This document shows positions 1 through 7,680 of a stretch of DNA of 64,000 nt, one piece after another; the first letter of the stretch is position 1, and each line of letters opens with the position of its first letter. Origin of the DNA: a virus; IMG/VR virus record IMGVR_UViG_3300032214_000528, positions 71,032 through 135,031 of that record; one strand, given 5' to 3'. Both the position numbers and the translations under genes were made by a program. Below the pieces are notes generated by a model. That model did no database searches. It was not told the DNA's origin and saw nothing but the letters and a program-made list of their open reading frames with translations.

Positions 1-2
1 AG

Positions 3-197
3 GAAAGCGAGATTGTTTCCTACAATGTATACGGCAAGTCTGATGTTGAGTCCGACTTGGGTTGTGAGATTACGGATGAACAATGGAAAGAGTTTATTCG
101 GGAGTGGGAAAATGATGATGTTCTCAATGAAATTCGTGCCCAAAGTTGGATGTTGCTAATAGATAATCTTCGTCAAGAACTGGGGATTGACGAGTGA
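3..197 (+). CDS. Hypothetical protein, 5'-partial
   Basis: Open frame 3 from the window edge to TGA 195-197 (ESEIVSYNVYGK...ELGIDE). Confidence 0.6.
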   Translation, partial: ESEIVSYNVYGKSDVESDLGCEITDEQWKEFIREWENDDVLNEIRAQSWMLLIDNLRQELGIDE

Positions 198-291
198 GCC
201 TTTGTGAGATTTGCGAGGCAAACGAAAAAGAGTATGCCGAAGGCAAGTGGTGCGCTTCGTGTAAAGATGATTTCAAGGAGAGTGATGACTA

Positions 292-468
292 ATGAGGCTT
301 TGTAAGTTTTGTGGCTACGGCATACGGCTAGACAAGGCTGGCTGGTGGGTAGACCTAACGGGTGGAGATGTGTGCGGTTGGGACGGCACGAACTCAGCTC
401 ACGAACCTAGACTTACTAGGCGAGATACGGCAGGGGTAAAAACGGATCAACGGAAGGAAGTGGCGTGA
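292..468 (+). CDS. Small Cys-containing hypothetical protein (58 aa)
   Basis: Read manually; ATG 292, stop overlaps the GTG of the next ORF. Confidence 0.5.
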   Translation: MRLCKFCGYGIRLDKAGWWVDLTGGDVCGWDGTNSAHEPRLTRRDTAGVKTDQRKEVA

Positions 469-701
469 GAGTAAAAGATTTGATTGAGCAGTTGAGAGCC
501 TATGACGGAGAGGACGAGTTGATTGTCTGCTACTGGGACAAAGAAACGGTGCATGGATACGGCTCGCCTGAAGTAACGGACGAGGAGTGGAGTGAGGTCA
601 TCGAAAGGTATAACAACGGTGAGTGGCATTTCCAAAGCTCGGCTGCCGAGGATTTTGTAGAGATAGTGCAAGAAGTGGTTTCCGAACGAATTACCGAGTA
701 A
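465..701 (+). CDS. Hypothetical acidic protein
   Basis: ORF track; GGAAGG RBS and GTGA coupling. Confidence 0.7.
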   Translation: MRVKDLIEQLRAYDGEDELIVCYWDKETVHGYGSPEVTDEEWSEVIERYNNGEWHFQSSAAEDFVEIVQEVVSERITE

Positions 702-759
702 ATTATAAAAGGTATGATAGGCTTGCCTAGCAATACCAAATGACGAAAGGAACAGGGAA

Positions 760-903
760 ATGGAAAAGACAGTATGGGAGTCCTCAGTTACTGAGGAAAT
801 GATTTTTGACGCAGGTTTATCAAAGGCTGATGTAAAGCGTCTAGTAAAAGAGTTAGATGACGCAGTTATGGAAATCTGCCAAAACTCAGGGATTGGGGGG
901 TAA
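760..903 (+). CDS. Hypothetical protein (47 aa)
   Basis: AGGGAAA-ATG start; MEKTVWESSVTEEM...; follows a TAGGCT -10 box. Confidence 0.6.
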   Translation: MEKTVWESSVTEEMIFDAGLSKADVKRLVKELDDAVMEICQNSGIGG

Positions 904-905
904 AA

Positions 906-1091
906 ATGTTTTTCAATGGTTTCACTTTACTGATGATGATTATTGGGGCCGGGATCGGTTTTAGTTTTTCCCGTTGGGCTATCTCTACTCCATACCTAGT
1001 AGAAGCCCTATCTCAAAGAGTGGGATACGACTACGACAACGAGGGTCAGGTAATTATTTATACTGGACTCTACGCTGAGGCTGAAAAATAA
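906..1091 (+). CDS. Small membrane protein
   Basis: N-terminal hydrophobic helix; GGGGTAAAA RBS. Confidence 0.65.
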   Translation: MFFNGFTLLMMIIGAGIGFSFSRWAISTPYLVEALSQRVGYDYDNEGQVIIYTGLYAEAEK

Positions 1092-1205
1092 TTTGACGAC
1101 ACGCTCACCACGATTTGCACAAAGGTTATGATGAGTGTATTGTTCTACTTGTTCGGGTAAATCGCTCGGACTTACAAAATGACTAAGAGAAAAAGGAAAC
1201 GCCAA

Positions 1206-1595
1206 ATGGCTAACACCGAAGTATCATACGAAGTAGTGCAGGTAAAGGCTACAACAACAACAACAAAGAAAGCAGTAGTTTTAGATGAAACTAATGCGCT
1301 CGCACTAATCGCTAAAAAGAAACTAATCTCAGAAGCGATTGCAACACAAACTGCCGAGTTGGAAAAAATCAAGGCAGAGATTTACGCCCTAATGGGTTGG
1401 GAAAAAGTCAAGGTCAATAAGAAAGATAAGTGGGTTGGCGAAGCAGAGGTTGGGCTTATCGCTGGCGAGGAACGAGTCAAGATTGACCTAAGGGAACGCA
1501 CCGATTTTGACGGAGATGTTTTGTTCAATGACTACCGAGAGATTTACGACTTGGTGGCAAAGAAGTCAGAGTATCCCGTCCTAACCGCAAAGTAA
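1206..1595 (+). CDS. Hypothetical protein
   Basis: ORF 1179-1595; AAGGA RBS favours ATG 1206; followed by a terminator. Confidence 0.75.
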   Translation: MANTEVSYEVVQVKATTTTTKKAVVLDETNALALIAKKKLISEAIATQTAELEKIKAEIYALMGWEKVKVNKKDKWVGEAEVGLIAGEERVKIDLRERTDFDGDVLFNDYREIYDLVAKKSEYPVLTAK

Positions 1596-1616
1596 TCTCC
1601 CTATTACTTAGCAAGA

Positions 1617-1650
1617 GAAAAGCCCTCACCGAAAGGTGGGGGTTTTTTCT
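1617..1650 (+). terminator. Intrinsic terminator
   Basis: CCCTCACC-GAAA-GGTGGGGG followed by a T-run. Confidence 0.8.
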
Positions 1651-1733
1651 TTTGTGGCGAGGGGTAAAAAGCGAACGGCCGGGGATCAAGCTGGAGGGCC
1701 CGGAAAAAAGAATACGAGGTTCAAGAGCCCTAA

Positions 1734-1755
1734 ATGCAGAAAGGTATGATAGGAT
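1734..1755 (+). promoter_or_regulatory. Early promoter ATGCAG-N10-TAGGAT
   Basis: Member of a 10-copy promoter family. Confidence 0.65.
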
Positions 1756-1790
1756 TACCTTGTTCAGACAAACTAGGGAAAGGCAAGACA

Positions 1791-2177
1791 ATGGACATAA
1801 TGGAAAAGCACACGGTTGAATTGACTAGCGATTGCACTTGCACCAATGAGGACGGCACGCCTAGCACCGATTGTTTTGATTGCTGGGACGACTCGGTATG
1901 GTTGTTCAAGGACTTGATGAACACTTGGCGTAAGACGGTCGGAGTAAATTGGAACACGGTTAGAATTACTGGCCGGGGTATGGGTTGGCAACGCACTAGC
2001 GGAGAAGCCGTAGTGTCTTTCGATAAAGTGTTGGACGCACTAAAGATAAACGGGGACTTTACTTTACGGTTCAAGCAAGAGGGCTTAGTCCTTACGGCAA
2101 CACGGTCAAGCCACGATGAGCCTACGGGTGCAGGGTTTTCTTTCACCCTTATCAAAGATGAAGAGGGAGAGGGGTAA
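1791..2177 (+). CDS. Hypothetical protein
   Basis: ORF 1734-2177; upstream part is promoter, AGGGAAAGG RBS precedes ATG 1791. Confidence 0.75.
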   Translation: MDIMEKHTVELTSDCTCTNEDGTPSTDCFDCWDDSVWLFKDLMNTWRKTVGVNWNTVRITGRGMGWQRTSGEAVVSFDKVLDALKINGDFTLRFKQEGLVLTATRSSHDEPTGAGFSFTLIKDEEGEG

Positions 2178-2180
2178 AAA

Positions 2181-2324
2181 GTGGGGAAAGATTATCTATC
2201 TATACTTATGGAGTGGAAGCCCGAGGGGGACTTTACCGAAGCTGATCTCTGGGACGCTATCGCTGAAGCCGAAGGCGTAGATGTAAGCGAGATAAGTGAT
2301 AGGGACTTGACCGAGTTTATCTAG
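2181..2324 (+). CDS. Small acidic hypothetical protein
   Basis: GTG directly after GGGGTAAAAA (alternative ATG 2208); ...WDAIAEAEGVDVSEISDRDLTEFI. Confidence 0.55.
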   Translation: MGKDYLSILMEWKPEGDFTEADLWDAIAEAEGVDVSEISDRDLTEFI

Positions 2325-2340
2325 CGGTTCGATTGTGAAA

Positions 2341-2362
2341 GTGCAGAAAGGTATGATAGGAT
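2341..2362 (+). promoter_or_regulatory. Early promoter GTGCAG-N10-TAGGAT
   Basis: Near-identical to 1734-1755. Confidence 0.65.
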
Positions 2363-2471
2363 AAAGGTATCTCGGTGGGGGGAAGTCGCTGGTCACCTGA
2401 ACGACCTGAAACCTAGGGGGTCGGAAACAATACGACTCCCCACCGAGTCTATAACTAGGGAGAGGTAAAAA

Positions 2472-2591
2472 ATGAAAATAACGGACGATTATGATTACGC
2501 TAAAGATGTATGGCTAATAAAATGCGTAGAGTGTGGCGTAAGTATGAGCCGTGAAGCATACGCTTACGGACACGATTGCGAGGTGGCGTAA
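2472..2591 (+). CDS. Small Cys/His hypothetical protein (39 aa)
   Basis: GAGGTAAAAA RBS; TAATG coupling to the next gene. Confidence 0.55.
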   Translation: MKITDDYDYAKDVWLIKCVECGVSMSREAYAYGHDCEVA

Positions 2592-2857
2592 TGGGTATGA
2601 GAGGTGAGGTAGGTCGGTTTGATTTACAACAAGAAAAGATAACCGAGCTTAGATTGGCTAAGGCTAGATTAGAGGATGCTCAAAAAGTTTTTTGGGAGTG
2701 TTTGCTAGGTTCTAGTAAAGCAGGAGTAACACACAGAGAGATTGCGGAAGCTACTGGATTTAGTCGTGCCAATGTAATGTATCACTTAAGAAAGATACAA
2801 GATAATAATCCTTTCTTTATAGGAGATGCCAATGCGAATAGGGGTAAAAAGAAATGA
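2591..2857 (+). CDS. Helix-turn-helix DNA-binding protein
   Basis: THREIAEATGFSRANVMYHL HTH pattern. Confidence 0.7.
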   Translation: MGMRGEVGRFDLQQEKITELRLAKARLEDAQKVFWECLLGSSKAGVTHREIAEATGFSRANVMYHLRKIQDNNPFFIGDANANRGKKK

Positions 2858-3180
2858 ACGATCAAGACTCGATAAGCTGGGGAGAGCTGGCGGAATTGAC
2901 TCACGCTACGCAGGTGGAACGATTTGGTTTTTGTATGTGTGAGGACAATGAAGGGAACGAAAACCCTTATGCCGATTGTAATAAATACTACTCAACCGAT
3001 TTATCTATCTCTATTGTGGAGATAAAGGCAGATAGCAAAGAACAAGCTGAAGCGATTATGCAAGAGTTTATAGACAAGATTGCACCGATTATGGACGACA
3101 AGATTAGGTGGGACGAAGCTAACTGGGAGATTGAGGAAAGTGTCCTAGATAAGAAAGCTGGGGAGTGGATAACAAACTAA
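2854..3180 (+). CDS. Hypothetical protein
   Basis: ORF track; ATGA coupling. Confidence 0.7.
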   Translation: MNDQDSISWGELAELTHATQVERFGFCMCEDNEGNENPYADCNKYYSTDLSISIVEIKADSKEQAEAIMQEFIDKIAPIMDDKIRWDEANWEIEESVLDKKAGEWITN

Positions 3181-3198
3181 GACTCACCGAGGCTTGAT

Positions 3199-3227
3199 TT
3201 GAAAATGTCAGGATAATCAAATACAAT
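3199..3227 (+). promoter_or_regulatory. Early promoter TTGAAA-17-TACAAT with internal TGTCAG
   Basis: -35 at 3199, TGTCAG at 3206, -10 at 3222. Confidence 0.75.
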
Positions 3228-3280
3228 AAAGCTACTCGGTTACAGTAGCCGATTAACTAGGGAAAGAGTCAAATAAATAA

Positions 3281-3373
3281 ATGAGAACACTCCAAGAAAA
3301 ACTAGATGCCGTGGCAAAAGATTTAGATGTTGTTATGGCTGATTTGTTAGATGAGCTTGGTCTAAATGACTAA
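3281..3373 (+). CDS. 30-aa peptide MRTLQEKLDAVAKDLDVVMADLLDELGLND
   Basis: AGGGAAAG RBS; has its own promoter and terminator. Confidence 0.6.
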   Translation: MRTLQEKLDAVAKDLDVVMADLLDELGLND

Positions 3374-3385
3374 GTAGTCAGAGAG

Positions 3386-3416
3386 AAGCCCCCGCTAAAA
3401 GGCGGGGGTTTCTTTC
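3386..3416 (+). terminator. Intrinsic terminator
   Basis: CCCCCGC-loop-GCGGGGG followed by TTTCTTT. Confidence 0.8.
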
Positions 3417-3459
3417 TTTATAGGATAAACTTATAGGGGTAAAAAGAAAGGGAAAAGTT

Positions 3460-3765
3460 ATGGATCAGATTATGGATACACGAACCGTTATGTTTATTGG
3501 AGATTATTTTTCAATGATGGTTACGGTAGGCGTTCCCGAAGAAGCGGTAAAAGAGGGCGAGATCTATGAAGATGCCTGTCTTAGAGTAGCTGGGACTTTA
3601 ATGAAAGAACACTACGGCTGGGATGTTGTTGCCGTAAGTAATCACATAGGGGTTTTAGATGAGGGAGACCCTAACTGCGAAACTTGTTATGGGGCTGGAA
3701 AGATGAAAGCCGAGGTAGCTGGTGTGGCAAGAGATGTAGAGTGCCCCGATTGTTTTAATGGTTAG
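3460..3765 (+). CDS. Hypothetical protein with C-terminal CxxC/CxxC
   Basis: CETC...CPDC, DnaJ-like zinc pattern. Confidence 0.7.
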   Translation: MDQIMDTRTVMFIGDYFSMMVTVGVPEEAVKEGEIYEDACLRVAGTLMKEHYGWDVVAVSNHIGVLDEGDPNCETCYGAGKMKAEVAGVARDVECPDCFNG

Positions 3766-3963
3766 GGGTAAAAAGTAGACTTACCGATTATGATAAGATT
3801 AGGTCACCGGGTCGAGCGAACTTCCCTTTCTGCTCCCCGTTGAGATAAGCACTTGTGCTTATCGCACCGCCCCTTGCTCTCCCTAGCAGGGGTGCGGTGT
3901 GTCTAATTGTAATTATTATAGAGATTAGATAAGCTAGATCTAAATCGACAAGAGGGGTAAAAA

Positions 3964-4221
3964 ATGACAAACAACACAATTCAACTCACCGAGTATTTAA
4001 ATAAAGAGTGGGGACAATTAATAGGGGCAAAACTTTTAAGTATTAGAAGCGCTACCGAAGATGAAGCAGATGAGATGATGGGCTGGGACTTTAGCAACCA
4101 TCACGCTGTGCCGATTTTAGAGTTTGACAATGGGCTAAGCCTAATTCTTTCTCAAGATGAAGAAGGTAATGGCGCAGGGTTTGCGTTTCTAGTTGAGGAA
4201 AGTCAGGAAGGTGTGTTATAG
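3964..4221 (+). CDS. Hypothetical protein
   Basis: AGGGGTAAAAA RBS; ILSQDEEGNGAG motif. Confidence 0.7.
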   Translation: MTNNTIQLTEYLNKEWGQLIGAKLLSIRSATEDEADEMMGWDFSNHHAVPILEFDNGLSLILSQDEEGNGAGFAFLVEESQEGVL

Positions 4222-4259
4222 TTATCCTACTCGCAGGGAGCGAGAGAAAAAGAGGGAAA

Positions 4260-4595
4260 ATGAAAACAGCCGTGAAAGTTACAACAGAGGGAACAGTCTC
4301 TGTGATTGACCTACAAGCAGACAGCAACGAGTTGGGAACTTTACAGAGTGCCGTTGGTGGTTTGATTGAGGTAGCAACTCTACAAAGTGGATACACAATG
4401 TTTATGAACGAAGAAGGAAAAATCCACGAACTTCCAATCAACGAGAAAGCCACCGCAATTTGGTTGGCTAACTTCCCTAACTTCCCTGATGTAATCTTGG
4501 GAGATGTTGTTCTAGCAGGAGCAACAGACGAAGAAGGAGAACAACTAGGGCTAGACCCCGACTACGCACAACGCTTGGTCGAACTTCTAGCATAA
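4260..4595 (+). CDS. DUF3846-like protein
   Basis: LQSAVGGLIE...MNEEGK...N..AT...ILGDVVL pattern. Confidence 0.7.
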   Translation: MKTAVKVTTEGTVSVIDLQADSNELGTLQSAVGGLIEVATLQSGYTMFMNEEGKIHELPINEKATAIWLANFPNFPDVILGDVVLAGATDEEGEQLGLDPDYAQRLVELLA

Positions 4596-4608
4596 AAGTA
4601 GTAGAGGA

Positions 4609-4635
4609 ACCCCTGCCGAGAGGTGGGGGTTTTTC
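4609..4635 (+). terminator. Intrinsic terminator
   Basis: CCCCTGCC-GAGA-GGTGGGGG followed by a T-run. Confidence 0.75.
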
Positions 4636-4687
4636 TATTGTATAGGGGTAAAAATCAGGGTTCACCGATCAAGGTATCTTTAGAGGT

Positions 4688-4930
4688 ATGCAAATAGTTC
4701 AGAAGGTTTATCACCCTAACGGGAGTTCAGCTCCGTTTGTTGTGGCAATAGTTGATGACCCTGCCGAGGCAGATACTAAATTAGTTATTATGTTTGAAGA
4801 ACCCGAGTGCACTGCGGTTTTCTCTTTAGATGGTCTTATTCAAGATGAAGACATTTCAGAGAAAAACTCTAGTCACGCCGAGCGTTATGAATACGCTTTG
4901 CGTGATGAGCTGTGGGATAATCGTTACTAG
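4688..4930 (+). CDS. Hypothetical protein
   Basis: ORF track. Confidence 0.65.
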   Translation: MQIVQKVYHPNGSSAPFVVAIVDDPAEADTKLVIMFEEPECTAVFSLDGLIQDEDISEKNSSHAERYEYALRDELWDNRY

Positions 4931-4942
4931 GGGTAAAAAACT

Positions 4943-5512
4943 ATGACAACAATAGCGAGTGTTCAAGGTGATGGCTGGGCTGTTGTTGGTTATGACTCAA
5001 GAGTTACCGAGGAAGATGGCAGAACTTATACCTTGCCGAAAGAAGCAGGAAAAGTTTTTAAGAGTGGTAATTACATAATTGGTGTTGCGGGAGATGTTAG
5101 AGCAATCAATTTAATGACTCACGTTTTTAAGGCACCGCCTTGCACAGGATCAACTTTAGGGGTAAAACTAGATAAGTTTATGACTGCGGTCTTTATCCCG
5201 GAACTAAAGAAATGTTTTGAGGAAGCCTCTTACTCAAAAGATGGCGACCAAGAAAGTCAGATTATGATTTTAATAAATGGAACTATCTACGAGATAGGCG
5301 AAGATTATTCTTGGTGCCACGACATTGCGGGTATCTATGCTATTGGTTCAGGTGCCGACTTTGCTTTAGGTGCGCTCAATGCTTTATCAGAGGGCAAGAA
5401 CAGAACTCTTACTACTGCAAGAGCAACGATCAAAACTGCGCTCGCCGTCTCAGCTAAGTTCGATAATAAGACTTCCGAACCTTTTTACCTCTTGACTCAA
5501 TACCGAGACTAG
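4943..5512 (+). CDS. Ntn-hydrolase, proteasome-beta/HslV-like peptidase
   Basis: MTTI N-terminal Thr, DSRVT, K, GVAG and AIGSG motifs. Confidence 0.8.
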   Translation: MTTIASVQGDGWAVVGYDSRVTEEDGRTYTLPKEAGKVFKSGNYIIGVAGDVRAINLMTHVFKAPPCTGSTLGVKLDKFMTAVFIPELKKCFEEASYSKDGDQESQIMILINGTIYEIGEDYSWCHDIAGIYAIGSGADFALGALNALSEGKNRTLTTARATIKTALAVSAKFDNKTSEPFYLLTQYRD

Positions 5513-5616
5513 CAATCCCCACAAACTGCGCCATTGGTGTAGTGGTCTTGATTGATTTGGAACTTCTGCCCACACTTCCAACAGTTGATGTAAATCATTA
5601 CTGCTTTTCTAGCCAT
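5509..5616 (-). CDS. 35-aa zinc-ribbon peptide
   Basis: MARKAVMIYINCWKCGQKFQINQDHYTNGAVCGDC; AGGGAGAAACA RBS; own promoter. Confidence 0.6.
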   Translation of the reverse strand: MARKAVMIYINCWKCGQKFQINQDHYTNGAVCGDC

Positions 5617-5647
5617 TATGTTTCTCCCTTGTTTGGCTTGTAGGATT

Positions 5648-5719
5648 ATCATAACAGATTTTCCTGACAAACTCTAAGACACGCCGAGAGTTGCAAAGTG
5701 CAGGAAGGTCTGTTATTAT
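5648..5719. promoter_or_regulatory. Divergent promoter pair
   Basis: Minus: TGTCAG(5669-5664)-N10-TATGAT; plus: TTGCAA-17-TATTAT with GTGCAG at 5698; GACACGCC between them. Confidence 0.75.
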
Positions 5720-5745
5720 TTTCTTATAGGGAAAGGAAAACAAAA

Positions 5746-5952
5746 ATGTGGGGATTACCTGATAGCGCAATCTTGGGAACTATCAAAAGCCTAAAGAGTC
5801 ATAAGGGCGGAAGAAAAAGTAGTGCCGTATCAAAGCCAAGCAGAGAGATAACTCTTGCTCAATCTTGGGAGTGTTTTGACCAAGACTCTAGAAGCCTAGA
5901 GGAACTACTTGCTATGGCTCGCCTAACTATAAAGAAGCAACACGCCGAATAA
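5746..5952 (+). CDS. Hypothetical basic protein
   Basis: ORF 5698-5952; AGGGAAAGG RBS favours ATG 5746. Confidence 0.6.
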   Translation: MWGLPDSAILGTIKSLKSHKGGRKSSAVSKPSREITLAQSWECFDQDSRSLEELLAMARLTIKKQHAE

Positions 5953-5961
5953 GCAGGGAAG

Positions 5962-5990
5962 TTGCAAAGTGCAGGAAGGTCGTGTAGTAT
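5962..5990 (+). promoter_or_regulatory. Early promoter TTGCAA-17-TAGTAT with GTGCAG
   Basis: TTGCAAAGTGCAGGAAGGTC identical to 5691-5710. Confidence 0.75.
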
Positions 5991-6030
5991 TTACTTATTG
6001 GCTAAGGGAGCCAAAGAAAGCAGGGAGAAA

Positions 6031-6186
6031 ATGAAAACACAAGCAAAGTTTATTCGTCGCAGAATTGCCGTTGGAGTTATTGCGCTCGCCCTTATCGCTT
6101 GGGCGTTTGACGCTACAACACCTGAAATGTGCAAAGTTCCAACAGAGCAGATGAACCAATTCTGCCTAGACCTGTTGTATCCATAA
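6031..6186 (+). CDS. Small membrane protein
   Basis: RRR followed by a hydrophobic helix; AGGGAGAAA RBS. Confidence 0.65.
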   Translation: MKTQAKFIRRRIAVGVIALALIAWAFDATTPEMCKVPTEQMNQFCLDLLYP

Positions 6187-6198
6187 GGGGGAGAGCAA

Positions 6199-6435
6199 AT
6201 GCCTAGACTTAGAAAACCTCAACCGATTTTGTTAAATGATGATGAACTCTATGCGCTTATGCTAGCCACATTTAAACACCCTAAAGTTCCTAAATGGAAG
6301 CCAACAGGTTATGAACTAGGGCTACTAAAAGACGCTTACGAAAAAATTGCTACAGAGTATTACGCTCGAGCCGAAGAACAACAACGCATTGACGAGGAAC
6401 TACGACTAATAAGAGCAGAATACGAGGGGGTTTAA
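6199..6435 (+). CDS. Hypothetical protein
   Basis: ORF track; GGGGGAG RBS. Confidence 0.65.
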   Translation: MPRLRKPQPILLNDDELYALMLATFKHPKVPKWKPTGYELGLLKDAYEKIATEYYARAEEQQRIDEELRLIRAEYEGV

Positions 6436-6437
6436 GT

Positions 6438-6644
6438 ATGAGCGAAGAAGGTTCAGAGTCATACAACAAAGCAAAACAAAGATGGGGTAAGGGAGAAGAA
6501 CTTACAGACCAAGAGTTCGCCTGTCTTTTAATGAGGTCTTGCGGAGTCTCTAATTTAGTTGGGGCTTTAGGTTATGGACACGCTAACGAGTGCGGTTTTT
6601 GTGATGGGTCTAAACAAGTAGACCCTAGAAGTTATAGGGGGTAA
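6438..6644 (+). CDS. Hypothetical protein
   Basis: ORF track. Confidence 0.6.
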   Translation: MSEEGSESYNKAKQRWGKGEELTDQEFACLLMRSCGVSNLVGALGYGHANECGFCDGSKQVDPRSYRG

Positions 6645-6648
6645 AAAG

Positions 6649-6840
6649 ATGATGTTTGATCTTGGCTTTGGGCTACCGACTTATTTAGCTCATCTAACTA
6701 TTGGGGTTGGTCGCTACACCCTTTGGCTCAACATTGTGGCTACTAACTGGAGAACCTTTCACTTTGGCAAAAGGTGGGGCGACTGGGTTGGTTGTTTCTC
6801 TGTCTTTACTTTTGCTTACACTATAAAAGAGAGGGGGTAA
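6649..6840 (+). CDS. Hypothetical protein
   Basis: GGGGTAAAAA RBS. Confidence 0.55.
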   Translation: MMFDLGFGLPTYLAHLTIGVGRYTLWLNIVATNWRTFHFGKRWGDWVGCFSVFTFAYTIKERG

Positions 6841-6842
6841 AA

Positions 6843-7019
6843 ATGTATTTAGATACGGGAACCTTGTTTGCAATAGTGATTGCGCTCGCTGGCTCATGCT
6901 TTGTTATGGTAGTTGGTATCAGAGCGCAGGGTCAGTTGCACCGAGTCATTAACCAAAAGAACGAGAAGATCAGATTTCTCCAAGCCGAACTACTAAAAGA
7001 AAAGAGAGTAACTCAATAG
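6843..7019 (+). CDS. Small membrane protein with coiled-coil tail
   Basis: ORF 6774-7019; GGGGTAAAA RBS favours ATG 6843. Confidence 0.65.
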   Translation: MYLDTGTLFAIVIALAGSCFVMVVGIRAQGQLHRVINQKNEKIRFLQAELLKEKRVTQ

Positions 7020-7213
7020 TGAAGATTGAAAAGATTACAGATGAGGCAGTTCGCCTTTACGAAGGTGGGCTATCTCTAGAGGCAGTAGCCAAAGAACTAG
7101 GCGTTGCCTACCGAACCGCAAGAAAGGCTGTCTACGGGGCTGGAGTGGTCGTTAGAGACCCCTCTAATCGTTTAGTGGGCAGAACTAGACCTGATAAGAG
7201 AGTGAGCGCATGA
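7019..7213 (+). CDS. Helix-turn-helix protein
   Basis: LYEGGLSLEAVAKELGVAYRTARK. Confidence 0.75.
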   Translation: MKIEKITDEAVRLYEGGLSLEAVAKELGVAYRTARKAVYGAGVVVRDPSNRLVGRTRPDKRVSA

Positions 7214-7365
7214 ATACCAACAACATAGTTTGGACAGCAGTCGTATCCCTAGCCCTTGGCTTGGCTTGCCTTGTGGCAGGTTATCAAGGTAATGACTCAA
7301 TGGCGCTCGCCTTTGGGTTAACCTCAGTAGCCTCAGCAACTCTATCTGCTAGAGAGAAGCGATAA
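7210..7365 (+). CDS. Two-TM small membrane protein
   Basis: Read manually: MNTNNIVWTAVVSLALGLACLVAG...; ATGA coupling. Confidence 0.55.
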   Translation: MNTNNIVWTAVVSLALGLACLVAGYQGNDSMALAFGLTSVASATLSAREKR

Positions 7366-7383
7366 AGCTTTAAGGCTTTCTAA

Positions 7384-7423
7384 GTGCGGGAAGGTAGGAA
7401 AAACCTGCCTTCCTGCATTTTTT
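7384..7423 (+). terminator. Intrinsic terminator
   Basis: GCGGGAAGGTAGG / CCTGCCTTCCTGC stem followed by a T-run. Confidence 0.75.
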
Positions 7424-7680
7424 ATGGAGCATTTAGGTTTTATTATAGATTTAAGGCTGTCAGCAGGGGATTTACGCTTAGAGTGTGAAATAAACCTCAA
7501 TCTGATAGGCTAAAAAAGTGTCGGATTAACCTGACATTGCGGTATAGTTTATCCAAGCAAGACAAGTGACATAAGGAGATCTACGGATTAGACACTTGAA
7601 GTAAGGCTGTCCCCAAGAGCGGGGTGGCAAGGCTGTTAACACTTATAGCCTGTCCCTGTCCCCTAACAAAGGAAAACCAA

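Noticed and set aside
2389-2432. Hammerhead ribozyme (GUC, CUGA, GAAAC present)
   Set aside because: Lacks the CUGANGA core and stem I
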